Source of the DNA: Candidatus Magasanikiibacteriota bacterium
Lineage (GTDB): Bacteria > Patescibacteriota > Patescibacteriia > Magasanikbacterales > UBA922
NCBI GenBank assembly: GCA_003482855.1
Contig: DMXO01000005.1
Coordinates: 163,719-227,718 of the forward strand
Reading direction: 5' to 3'
Length of the DNA stretch: 64,000 bases
The translations under genes and the position numbers were made by a program. Shown here piece by piece: positions 46,001-55,226 of the stretch; the first letter of the stretch is position 1; each line of letters begins with the position of its first letter. Below the pieces are notes generated by a model that was not told the DNA's origin, searched no databases, and saw only the letters and a program-made list of their open reading frames with translations.

Positions 46001-46828
46001 ATGTTTTGTATGTCTTCAAAAAATAAAACATGGACAGAAAATATAGCTACGAGTTGGGGTAAGTGGACCCCTCCTGATAGACCATCTCCAGGAGAGATGC
46101 GTGTATATGAAGATTTCTTGAAACAAATCCTTAGCAAAAAGAAAAAACCAAATGTTATGGTGCTTGGTTCGACGAGTGAATTTCGTGATTTATATGCCAA
46201 ATATAAAGTGCCTTGTACGGTAGTAGATTATAGAAAAGAAAATTATGAAGCCATGGGGACACTCATGAAACGAAAAAAATATAAAGAAACTTTGCTTACC
46301 GAAGATTGGCGTACAATGAATCCTAAACAAAAATTCGATTTGATTCTCGGAGATTATTGTATAAATGTACTCTTCAAAAAAGACCAGCCAGAATTTGTCA
46401 AAAATATTTCACGTATATTGAAGCCAGATGGTCTGTGTATGATCAAGACTTTTGTTCGTTATGATAGTGAGCCGGGTGATCTAGCACAGGCATTGCATTT
46501 TTATAGGACCAAAAAGAAAGACAGACCAATTTTGGAAACAATCATGGCCCCTATGTTCAAAAATGCGTATGATTACAAAAAAGAACAAGGTACTTTTCCT
46601 GGCGTGTGGAATAATTTTGTAAAACTTTATAAAAATAAAAAGATGAAAAAGGAAGAGATCGATTATTTTGAGAGTCTTGATCTGGAAAATATTCCACTCA
46701 AATTCTATATCCCCCTATTCCAAGACATTATCAAGATCATAGAACAAAATGCAGGTTTGTATGGTGTACGGTATGGTGGTGAGTGGTTTTCTACGGACGT
46801 CCCTATACTTATCATGAAGAAACAATAG
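46001..46828 (+). CDS. Putative class I SAM-dependent methyltransferase-like protein
   Basis: VMVLGSTSE (motif I-like), DLILGD, LKPDG; weak. Confidence 0.4.
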   Translation: MFCMSSKNKTWTENIATSWGKWTPPDRPSPGEMRVYEDFLKQILSKKKKPNVMVLGSTSEFRDLYAKYKVPCTVVDYRKENYEAMGTLMKRKKYKETLLTEDWRTMNPKQKFDLILGDYCINVLFKKDQPEFVKNISRILKPDGLCMIKTFVRYDSEPGDLAQALHFYRTKKKDRPILETIMAPMFKNAYDYKKEQGTFPGVWNNFVKLYKNKKMKKEEIDYFESLDLENIPLKFYIPLFQDIIKIIEQNAGLYGVRYGGEWFSTDVPILIMKKQ

Positions 46829-46920
46829 TTTAGATTATGTATTATAGACTACCGTTTTTGCCTTATGGCAATACGGTAGTTTTTTGTTATTGACTTTTTT
46901 GTCTCAACAGAGCACAATAT

Positions 46921-47724
46921 ATGTATATGTATAGTATTGATAAGACTATTTTTGAACAATTGAAACGGCCGGATGTACATAGCCACAAGGGTCAGAATGG
47001 ACGTCTTTTGGTAATTGCAGGATCAGACAAATTTCACGGAGCATTGATGATGACTGTGCAGACTGCATCACGGATCGTAGACATGGTGTACGTATATACC
47101 ACACCAAACAATAGGTATCTGATTGAAGATTTGAAATCAGATATAGCTGTATTTATTCCAGTACTTGAAAATGAATTGTGGAATACCATAGAAATGGTAG
47201 ATGCAGTTTTGATTGGTCCAGGCATGGCCGAGACAGAGGAGACGGTGGATCTTGTCAAAATATTACTGGCAAAATATGCACATAAGAAAGTAATAGTTGA
47301 TGCAACTGCGATGTGGCATCTCAATCCTGCGTGGATCAATAACAATACTATTTTGACGCCACATTCTCGTGAATTTGAACAAGTCTACAAATGCAAGCCA
47401 GTGCCCGAACATGTAAAAACTATGGCAATAGAATATGGAGGCATTGTACTTTTGAAGGGTGCATATGACTATGTGAGTGATGGGAAAGAATTATGGGAAA
47501 ATAGGACAGGAAATGTAGGGATGACCAAAGGCGGGACAGGAGATGTTGTCTCAGGAACTATTGCCGCTTTGTCATGTACCAATGACAATCTCCTTGCGAC
47601 AAAGGCAGGCATACATCTGGTTGGTTTGGCAGGTGATGAATTACACAAAACATATGGTACATTTTATAATGCCGAGGATGTAATACAGAGTCTAGGTGTT
47701 ATTTGGAAAAAATTAATTATCTAA
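46921..47724 (+). CDS. ADP-dependent NAD(P)H-hydrate dehydratase (YjeF C-terminal domain family)
   Basis: LVIAGS...GPG...TPH...KG...GGTGDVVSG carbohydrate-kinase-fold motifs. Confidence 0.8.
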   Translation: MYMYSIDKTIFEQLKRPDVHSHKGQNGRLLVIAGSDKFHGALMMTVQTASRIVDMVYVYTTPNNRYLIEDLKSDIAVFIPVLENELWNTIEMVDAVLIGPGMAETEETVDLVKILLAKYAHKKVIVDATAMWHLNPAWINNNTILTPHSREFEQVYKCKPVPEHVKTMAIEYGGIVLLKGAYDYVSDGKELWENRTGNVGMTKGGTGDVVSGTIAALSCTNDNLLATKAGIHLVGLAGDELHKTYGTFYNAEDVIQSLGVIWKKLII

Positions 47725-47733
47725 TTCTATTGT

Positions 47734-48780
47734 ATGTCCGAGACAGGTCATGGAGATGTTCGTTCATCAGAAGAAATAGTAGAGGCTCGTTTGGCAGAAT
47801 ATGGCGATGCAGTTGATCGCACTTCTTCATTTCCTTTGGAATATGAACGAGATGAGAAAGGGGATGCAATTTCTGCAGAGGCAACATGGTTGCGTATAGA
47901 CGGAAGAGATCAATCAATTGAAGGGAAGTTATATACACCGAATGAAGATAGAAAAAGAGAACTGGTTATTATGAGTCCAGGTTCTCCGGGCGACGGGACT
48001 GTCAAATATGAAGAGCGGTATGTACCAAGTCTTACCAAGAGTGGTTTGACTGTGTTTACTGCGCGTCATCCTGGTTTGCGAGTAGCAGATGATGCACCAG
48101 ATACATATGTACACTGCAGAGAAAAGAAAGCGCAGGCTGGTAACCGTGGGCAAGAATATTTAGATGGATCATTTAGTTATGAAGAATTAGGTAGAGAAGC
48201 TTTGACAGTTATGTCCGTTTTGGAAAAGAATTTTGATAGGGTACATTTCGTGGGACATTCAGATGGCATGTATGTTATTTTGAGATCACTTGTACATCTT
48301 TTGGAAGAGAAGCCAGAGCTCGCAAGTAAGGTGGGTAACCTTGTTTCTCTTGCCGGTGTGACGGGCCCTTATGATGAAAAAATTTTGAGAAAATTTTTGC
48401 AATGGATGGAAAAAGAAAAACTATATAGACTTCCAGATGAAGAGCAAAACGTACGAGAATTTCAAACAAACGTGGCAACATTTAGAGGGACAGATTGGTC
48501 TCGATTCCCTCATATGTCCGGCATGTTTATTACTCCCACAGGATTGCTTGGAGGGACGCCCGATGAGTACATGCCCCAGAGCTCTGTTCAGGATTTTGCT
48601 GATTTTATACAAGGTCAAGGTTGTAAAAGAGTACGTGTCGTAGATTATGCCAATCTCCGTGTAGATACAGAGGGAGGGGAGGAGTCGCATGATTTCAATC
48701 ATTTGAGTCCAGGCATTACTACCAGATGGATTACCGGAGAGACCCAAGAACTATTAGAAAAAAAATTTAATAAAAGTTAA
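47734..48780 (+). CDS. Alpha/beta-hydrolase-fold protein
   Basis: GHSDG nucleophile elbow. Confidence 0.55.
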   Translation: MSETGHGDVRSSEEIVEARLAEYGDAVDRTSSFPLEYERDEKGDAISAEATWLRIDGRDQSIEGKLYTPNEDRKRELVIMSPGSPGDGTVKYEERYVPSLTKSGLTVFTARHPGLRVADDAPDTYVHCREKKAQAGNRGQEYLDGSFSYEELGREALTVMSVLEKNFDRVHFVGHSDGMYVILRSLVHLLEEKPELASKVGNLVSLAGVTGPYDEKILRKFLQWMEKEKLYRLPDEEQNVREFQTNVATFRGTDWSRFPHMSGMFITPTGLLGGTPDEYMPQSSVQDFADFIQGQGCKRVRVVDYANLRVDTEGGEESHDFNHLSPGITTRWITGETQELLEKKFNKS

Positions 48781-48785
48781 TTTCT

Positions 48786-49412
48786 ATGTCCTATACATAC
48801 AATCCAATCTATACTCATTTTAAAGGCAATGATATTTCCCGATCAGAGCTAATTCAGAGGATGGTGGTGCAGACAATTATAAAAAGTAAATTGTCAGACA
48901 AAGAACGTTCATGGAGCAAAGTTTTTGAATTAAAACATAGTTCTTCTGTAATTCAGATTGGGCGTATTTTGGGCCAAAAGCGAGGACTAAAAATTGATCT
49001 GATTGAAGTCATTTGCGCTTTGCATGATATTTATGTCAATTCTACTGGCAGGGTAACAGATCATGCACACAAAGGTGCGCCAATTGCAAAAAAAATGCTA
49101 GAAAAAACTAAAATGTTTAGCAAAGAAGAGATTAAAATAATTGTTCAGGCCGTCCGAAATCATAGTGATAAACATGTATTTAATAAAAATAAATATGATG
49201 AATTGATTAAAGATGCCGATGTCTTTGATTGTGGTCTTTATGAAGGAGTACATGATGCCTATGTTTTTGAAAAATCTCCTTCGATTTGTCGCACGTATTT
49301 CGATCGTATAATCAAAGTACGAAAGGAATTGGGTTTGCCATATGACAAACGTTGGGAAAAGGTAGAACTTATTGAACAAGGTAAAAAATATTATGAGCAA
49401 CGAAAAAAATAA
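48786..49412 (+). CDS. HD-domain phosphohydrolase-like protein
   Basis: LHDI...H...D pattern. Confidence 0.5.
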   Translation: MSYTYNPIYTHFKGNDISRSELIQRMVVQTIIKSKLSDKERSWSKVFELKHSSSVIQIGRILGQKRGLKIDLIEVICALHDIYVNSTGRVTDHAHKGAPIAKKMLEKTKMFSKEEIKIIVQAVRNHSDKHVFNKNKYDELIKDADVFDCGLYEGVHDAYVFEKSPSICRTYFDRIIKVRKELGLPYDKRWEKVELIEQGKKYYEQRKK

Positions 49413-50814
49413 TTTGCCATTTGATCCTGAGGGTAATATTTTTCATTGGGGACCAGTACCAGGAAAATTTTTGTATTGTTCAGTTTTTACGCATGTCCAT
49501 TATACATATTTTCGAGCGAAATACGAAGAAAATTGGTCAGAAACATTATGGTTATTTCAAAATAATCGCATGTTTTGGATAAACGATACTGACGATGTCC
49601 GAGCAGCTGGTTTGAAAGTTTTTTTAAAGTATATGTTGCCAAAAGATAAACGGAGTGAAATTTATCAAGAGTGGCAGGGGTATGTAAAAGATTTAAACGT
49701 TATTGAAAATAAAATTGACACAACTGATTTAACTAAAATATCTGATGATGAATTGAAAAAAACATGGCATGACTTTCATCAAATATATATAAAGTTTTGG
49801 GTATCCGGGTCAGTGCCAGAGCTAGCTAACTATGGTGTAGATAAATATTTGATTGATAGTTTAAAACAATTTGTTGTTGATGAAAAAGAATTAGCTAGTG
49901 TTATGGAAGTTTTGACAGCTCCAACACGATTGTCGTTTTATCAAGAAGAAGAGATCGATTTGCAAAAGAGTGATGACCTGGTGAAACATCAGCAACAATA
50001 TTTTTGGTTAAAAAATAGTTATGCTGGTACACAGGTTTTGCCAGTAGATTTTTTTGCACAGCGTAAACCAAGTATTAAGTCTGAGATAGAAGAAGAAATG
50101 AAAAATAAGATGTCTGAATTGCCAAAACAAAAAATGGCTTTAAAAGAAAAATATAATTTGTCTGAGGAAGTTTGGGAAATTATTGAGGCGGTCAGCGATG
50201 GCGTGGGCTGGCAAGATGAAAGAAAAAAATATATTTTTATGGTTTTGCATTATCAAGATGTAATGCTCAAAGAAATTGAAAAGAGATTTAATTATACGTG
50301 GGAAGAATTAGATACGGCTTGGTATTATGAAATAGAAAAAATTATTGTTGGTGAAAATTTACACAATATACTTCAGAAAAGATTAGAAGGATTTGGGGTG
50401 AGATTTTTTCATGAATGTGAGGAATTAGATGCCAAGCAGGTAGAGTTCTTTTGGCAATTGTATGATTCCAAAAGTGAAGAGGGTGCATTGCAGGCTAAAG
50501 GTATCGTAGCTAGCAAAGGTAATGGCGGAGTGGTAAAAGGCAAAGTAAGGATTTTGTTAGATCCGACAAAAGTAGATAGCTTTGTGGATGGCGAAATATT
50601 ATTAGCGCCGATGACTAGCCCAGAATATGTCTTTGTCATGAAAAAATCTCTCGCTGTAGTGACTGATACTGGTGGATTGACTTCGCATGCTGCCATTGTG
50701 AGTAGAGAATTAAATATACCATGTTTAGTTGGGACAAAAAATGCGACTAAAATATTTAAAGATGGTGATGTGGTTGAGGTGGATGCAAACGAGGGAGTGG
50801 TAAGAAAAATATGA
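49393..50814 (+). CDS. PEP-utilizing-enzyme phosphohistidine (mobile) domain protein with a large unassigned N-terminal domain
   Basis: C-terminal GGLTSHAAIVSRELNIPCLVG. Its stop overlaps the next ATG (ATGA). Confidence 0.7.
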   Translation: MSNEKNNLPFDPEGNIFHWGPVPGKFLYCSVFTHVHYTYFRAKYEENWSETLWLFQNNRMFWINDTDDVRAAGLKVFLKYMLPKDKRSEIYQEWQGYVKDLNVIENKIDTTDLTKISDDELKKTWHDFHQIYIKFWVSGSVPELANYGVDKYLIDSLKQFVVDEKELASVMEVLTAPTRLSFYQEEEIDLQKSDDLVKHQQQYFWLKNSYAGTQVLPVDFFAQRKPSIKSEIEEEMKNKMSELPKQKMALKEKYNLSEEVWEIIEAVSDGVGWQDERKKYIFMVLHYQDVMLKEIEKRFNYTWEELDTAWYYEIEKIIVGENLHNILQKRLEGFGVRFFHECEELDAKQVEFFWQLYDSKSEEGALQAKGIVASKGNGGVVKGKVRILLDPTKVDSFVDGEILLAPMTSPEYVFVMKKSLAVVTDTGGLTSHAAIVSRELNIPCLVGTKNATKIFKDGDVVEVDANEGVVRKI

Positions 50815-51773
50815 AACATATCAAATTTTTTAAGGATATAAATAAAGACAGTGTTAGTGAAGCCGGAGGCAAAGGTGCTTCTTTGGGTGAAATGAACGGT
50901 GCTGGTATTCCAGTGCCGCCGGGGTTTGTAGTTTTAGCTGGTGCTTTTGACAAATTTTTGGAAGAAACAGATTTGAATATAGAAATAAAGGCGAGATTGA
51001 AAGAAGTGAATATAGGAGATACCAATAGTATTGAAAAAGCGAGTGTAGTTATTAGAGATACAATTCATGACCATGAGATGCCAGAAGATTTGAAAGAAGA
51101 AATTTGGGAAGCATTTGATAAACTTAACGCTGACTTTGTCGCGGTTCGTTCGAGTGCAACAGCCGAAGATTCTTTGATTGCAAGTTGGGCAGGGGAACTT
51201 GAAACATATTTAAATACAACACGAGAAAATGTTGTCGATAGAGTGAAAGAATGTTGGTCATCTTTATTTACTTCACGCGCTATATTTTATCGCCATGAGA
51301 AAAATTTGATTGATGCGCATGTGTCTGTTGCGGTCGTAGTGCAAAAAATGGTACAATCAGCGGTGTCGGGCATTGCATTTACTGTGCATCCAGTTACCGA
51401 AGATAGAGACCAGATGATTATTGAAGCTGGCTTGGGCCTGGGTGAAGCTATTGTTTCAGGACAAATTACACCGGATTCGTACGTGGTAAGTAAGAGCACG
51501 ATGCAGGTTTTGGATGTAAATATTGGGAATCAGAGTAAAATGTTGAAAAGAAGTGAAGTGGCGGCTCTGGAGCCGCCTGTACAAAACGTCTGGGTAAATT
51601 TAGATGAGTCACATGGTAATAAGCAAAAATTATCAGGCAAACAGATTATAGAGGTTGCAGAAATGTGCAAGAAAATAGAAGATCATTATGGATTTCCCTG
51701 CGATATTGAATGGGCGTTTGCTGAAGGAAAATTTTATATTACACAGTCGCGTCCCATAACAACATTAAAATAG
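50811..51773 (+). CDS. PEP synthase / pyruvate-phosphate-dikinase N-terminal ATP-grasp nucleotide-binding domain protein
   Basis: SEAGGKGASLGEM...VAVRSSATAEDS... PPDK_N-type motifs. Confidence 0.75.
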   Translation: MKHIKFFKDINKDSVSEAGGKGASLGEMNGAGIPVPPGFVVLAGAFDKFLEETDLNIEIKARLKEVNIGDTNSIEKASVVIRDTIHDHEMPEDLKEEIWEAFDKLNADFVAVRSSATAEDSLIASWAGELETYLNTTRENVVDRVKECWSSLFTSRAIFYRHEKNLIDAHVSVAVVVQKMVQSAVSGIAFTVHPVTEDRDQMIIEAGLGLGEAIVSGQITPDSYVVSKSTMQVLDVNIGNQSKMLKRSEVAALEPPVQNVWVNLDESHGNKQKLSGKQIIEVAEMCKKIEDHYGFPCDIEWAFAEGKFYITQSRPITTLK

Positions 51774-51854
51774 TGACAACATATAAACCATTGTTACATT
51801 GCTAAATTGTTAAATTGCTGTGCAATATGCCTAGCAAGATAACAATTTAACAGT

Positions 51855-52307
51855 TTGACAATTTTAACCATTTTAACCATTTATCATATGAATCTCAAAC
51901 GCGCGTTTGGCTACGGAGCGATGCTCTGGGTCATTATCTTCGTCGTTATTTCAATTCTCATTTTTTTGCCATGGTTCAAAGACAGTGAGTTTCGTGTAGA
52001 TATTGCATGGTACATATTGGAAATTCCTATAGTACTCATATGGGCAAAGATGTATTTCAAAGCCGATCCTCCTACTACCAAAAAAGGATTGATGCTTGGG
52101 CTAGTAGCGCTTGTTGCAGGTACTATATTGGATATGATTATCACTGTTCCTCTGTTTGTAAAAAGTTATGCAATGTATTTTGGAGATTGGATGCTCTATA
52201 TTGGTTATGTTGAACTTTTGGTTTTGACCACATATGCAGGGTATGAGTTTGATGGAACATACACAAAAGAGTCTAAAAAATCGAAAGAAGAAATTGAACA
52301 TAATTAA
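51855..52307 (+). CDS. Hypothetical integral-membrane protein
   Basis: Four predicted TM segments. Confidence 0.4.
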   Translation: MTILTILTIYHMNLKRAFGYGAMLWVIIFVVISILIFLPWFKDSEFRVDIAWYILEIPIVLIWAKMYFKADPPTTKKGLMLGLVALVAGTILDMIITVPLFVKSYAMYFGDWMLYIGYVELLVLTTYAGYEFDGTYTKESKKSKEEIEHN

Positions 52308-52315
52308 TTAGCCAT

Positions 52316-53377
52316 ATGGATTTCAAGCAATTGATTCGTCAGTATCCACTCGCAGTCGGGGGATTTGGTTCTATTATATTAGGATTGATCGTAAATAGTA
52401 CGTTTCTCATTTTTTTAGGGTTTATTGTATTGTATATTTTTTTCTCACAGGCAAAGAAAAAAGGAACTACCAATAACTTTGATATCAAAAAAATATTTAG
52501 CAAATTTAACTTTAATTCAGGAAAACCTATGGAAACAATTAATCCAAAGAGGGGGAGAAGAATAGGATTTTGGATAGTACTTCTCGTACTGTTTTTCGTA
52601 TTCTTAAGTTTTGTAAGTGCATTTTGGGTCGTCGTAGAAGCTGGTGAGACAGGTGTAAGATCATTTTTTGGTAAGGTCCAAGATAATGAATTTCATTCAG
52701 GTTTTCATTTGAAGAATCCGTTGGAGAAAGTTACCAAGATGAGTATTAGGACACAGGATTATACAATGAGTGTCGCACAAGGAGAAGGGGAACGTGAAGG
52801 GGCAGATGCGATTACCGCATTGACCAAAGAGGGTTTGAGTGTTGATCTTGATATTACTATCCTCTACCATCTTATGGAAGAGAAAGCATCTGACGTTTAT
52901 CGCGATGTAGGATTTATGTATGATGAGACAATTATTCGCCCAGCAATTCGAGCAGTTATACGTGAAGTAATTGCGCAATACGATGCAAAAGATATCTACT
53001 CAGAAAAACGCCAAGAAGCAGTGCAACAAATTATTACAGAACTCACCAAGAAATTGGAACCAAGAGGTATAGAACTTGAAGATGTTTTGCTACGCCATGT
53101 GCAATTGCCAGCTGATTTAGCGGGAAGTATCCAGCAAAAGTTGCAAGCAGAACAAGAAGCGCAGCGATACGATTTCATCTTACAGACTGAACAAAAAGAG
53201 GCAGAACGCAAACGTATTGAAGCAGAGGGCCAGCGTGATGCACAGCAGATTATCAATCAGAGTCTTACACCCAATTATTTGAACTATCTCTATATACAAA
53301 ATCTTGAAAATCGTGCAGGAACTATTTACGTGCCAACAAATCCTAGCACGGGGGTACCTTTGTTTAGAGGGTTGTAA
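52316..53377 (+). CDS. SPFH/band-7 (prohibitin/HflC-like) domain membrane protein
   Basis: N-terminal TM, SPFH core, and a C-terminal coiled-coil (QQKLQAEQEAQR). Confidence 0.8.
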   Translation: MDFKQLIRQYPLAVGGFGSIILGLIVNSTFLIFLGFIVLYIFFSQAKKKGTTNNFDIKKIFSKFNFNSGKPMETINPKRGRRIGFWIVLLVLFFVFLSFVSAFWVVVEAGETGVRSFFGKVQDNEFHSGFHLKNPLEKVTKMSIRTQDYTMSVAQGEGEREGADAITALTKEGLSVDLDITILYHLMEEKASDVYRDVGFMYDETIIRPAIRAVIREVIAQYDAKDIYSEKRQEAVQQIITELTKKLEPRGIELEDVLLRHVQLPADLAGSIQQKLQAEQEAQRYDFILQTEQKEAERKRIEAEGQRDAQQIINQSLTPNYLNYLYIQNLENRAGTIYVPTNPSTGVPLFRGL

Positions 53378-53401
53378 GTATACATCAAGAGAATTATACC
53401 A

Positions 53402-53430
53402 TTGACAAAAAAGATTTTATTTGGTATACT
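53402..53430 (+). promoter_or_regulatory. Sigma70-like promoter (TTGACA-17-TATACT) with a roughly 120-nt leader before the zinc-ribbon gene
   Basis: Hexamers at 53402-53407 and 53425-53430. Confidence 0.5.
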
Positions 53431-53554
53431 GTTTCTCGTTGGGTAACGAATATACACGAAGCCGTTTAGGTCAACTATATAACGTTCCCAAGAGACCCTA
53501 TATTTATATGGGGCAAAGGTCGGAAATTTTATTCAAATATATTGGGAACAAGTT

Positions 53555-53848
53555 ATGTACAATAACGATAGACAAATGTTTGATGTAGATGTCAATTGTG
53601 CTACATGTGGTGCTCACATTTCACAATTGCCATTCCAACCATCAGGCGACCGTCCTGTATACTGCTCAGATTGCAATCGTGCTCATCGTCAGACACGTCG
53701 TGATGATTCTCGTCGCGAACGAAGAATGTATGATGTAGACGTTGCATGTTCTGGATGTGGCACAAAGATTACACAATTGCCATTCCAGCCAAAAGATACC
53801 AGTAATATTCTCTGCCGAGAATGTTATCTGAAGAGCAAGGATGCGTAA
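53555..53848 (+). CDS. Tandem duplicated zinc-ribbon protein (two CxxCG...LPFQP...C..C modules)
   Basis: Internal duplication: MFDVDVNCATCGAHISQLPFQPSGDRPVYCSDC and MYDVDVACSGCGTKITQLPFQPKDTSNILCREC. Confidence 0.6.
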   Translation: MYNNDRQMFDVDVNCATCGAHISQLPFQPSGDRPVYCSDCNRAHRQTRRDDSRRERRMYDVDVACSGCGTKITQLPFQPKDTSNILCRECYLKSKDA

Positions 53849-53945
53849 TCATATTATCTTCAAAAAGAACGCTCTATGAGCGTTCTTTTCTTATTGATTT
53901 TTATCTGTTATTTGATACTATAATGATATACTGATATCACGTGTT

Positions 53946-55088
53946 ATGAATTTTGAAAAAGGGAAAATATTAGTCGCCATGAGTGGTGGAGTAGACTCAT
54001 CTGTTGCCGCTGCTCTACTTGTTGAAGCTGGTTATGAAGTTACTGGTATGTTTGCGGTTAATTATGATGATTCTGATGTCGCAACACATGATGAAGAATA
54101 TGCCAAATCATGCTGGGTGCCTGATTATAGAGATGCTCTGCGTGTGGCTGCCAAGCTTGGTATACCACTTTTGAAATTAAATTTTACCAAAGAGTACAAA
54201 GAGTTGGTATTGGATTATATGTATAGTGAGTATGCAGTAGGTCGTACACCAAATCCAGATGTCATGTGCAACCGTTACATTAAGTTTGGGGTCTGGTTAG
54301 ATAAGGCGCGAGAGTTAGGGTTTGATAAGTTGGCTACTGGACACTACGCTACAGTCACTTTAGCACATGAGCACTCAAGCACTGTAGCACAATATAAATT
54401 ACGAGTGGCAAAAGATACAAATAAGGACCAGACGTATTTTTTGCATCAACTTACACAGGGTCAGCTTTCTCATGTTTTATTTCCTATTGGTGATTACACT
54501 AAAAAAGAAATACGAGAGCTTGCAAAGAAATTTGATTTGCCAACCGCAGAAAAAGAGGAGAGTATGGGAATTTGTTTTGTTGGTGAGGTAGATATGAAGA
54601 CATTTTTGCAAGACAAAATTGGTGACAAAGTACAAGAGGGGAATATTATTTTTTCTGATGGTACTATACTTGGTCAACACGAAGGGTTGGCATTGTATAC
54701 TATAGGCCAGAGACATGTTGGGGTAGAAAGTGGCAAAATAAAAGGTACACATGGTGATACTAGGCCTTTATTTGTCGTTGACAAGCGATTGGATACTGAT
54801 GAACTTGTAGTTGGGTATGAAGATGATCCTTTGTTATGGAGACGAGAGGCACATGTATTGGACATGCACTGGATTTCTGGACGGGAACCCCTTTTTCCGT
54901 TACAATGTGAAGTGAGACTGAGACACAGACAAAAAATGCAGAATGCACAAATCACTCGAGCACGACAGCACGACAGCACGACAGCACTACTAATTGATTT
55001 TGATGAACCACAGCGGGCAGTGACTCCAGGGCAGTTTGCTGTTTTATATAAAGATGACGAATGTCTTGGCGGTGGGGTAGTCATCTGA
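53946..55088 (+). CDS. mnmA: tRNA-specific 2-thiouridylase
   Basis: PP-loop SGGVDSS; MnmA-like over the full length. Confidence 0.9.
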   Translation: MNFEKGKILVAMSGGVDSSVAAALLVEAGYEVTGMFAVNYDDSDVATHDEEYAKSCWVPDYRDALRVAAKLGIPLLKLNFTKEYKELVLDYMYSEYAVGRTPNPDVMCNRYIKFGVWLDKARELGFDKLATGHYATVTLAHEHSSTVAQYKLRVAKDTNKDQTYFLHQLTQGQLSHVLFPIGDYTKKEIRELAKKFDLPTAEKEESMGICFVGEVDMKTFLQDKIGDKVQEGNIIFSDGTILGQHEGLALYTIGQRHVGVESGKIKGTHGDTRPLFVVDKRLDTDELVVGYEDDPLLWRREAHVLDMHWISGREPLFPLQCEVRLRHRQKMQNAQITRARQHDSTTALLIDFDEPQRAVTPGQFAVLYKDDECLGGGVVI

Positions 55089-55226
55089 TATTTTTTATAT
55101 TTTTTAATCATATATAGTATGAATGAACCAAATTTTCTCGTTGGTTTACTCGTCACTACCTGGCCAGTTTTGTTACTTGTGGGCATTATTATTTTTATTG
55201 GTTTTAAATATTTTAAGTAAGTCCAT

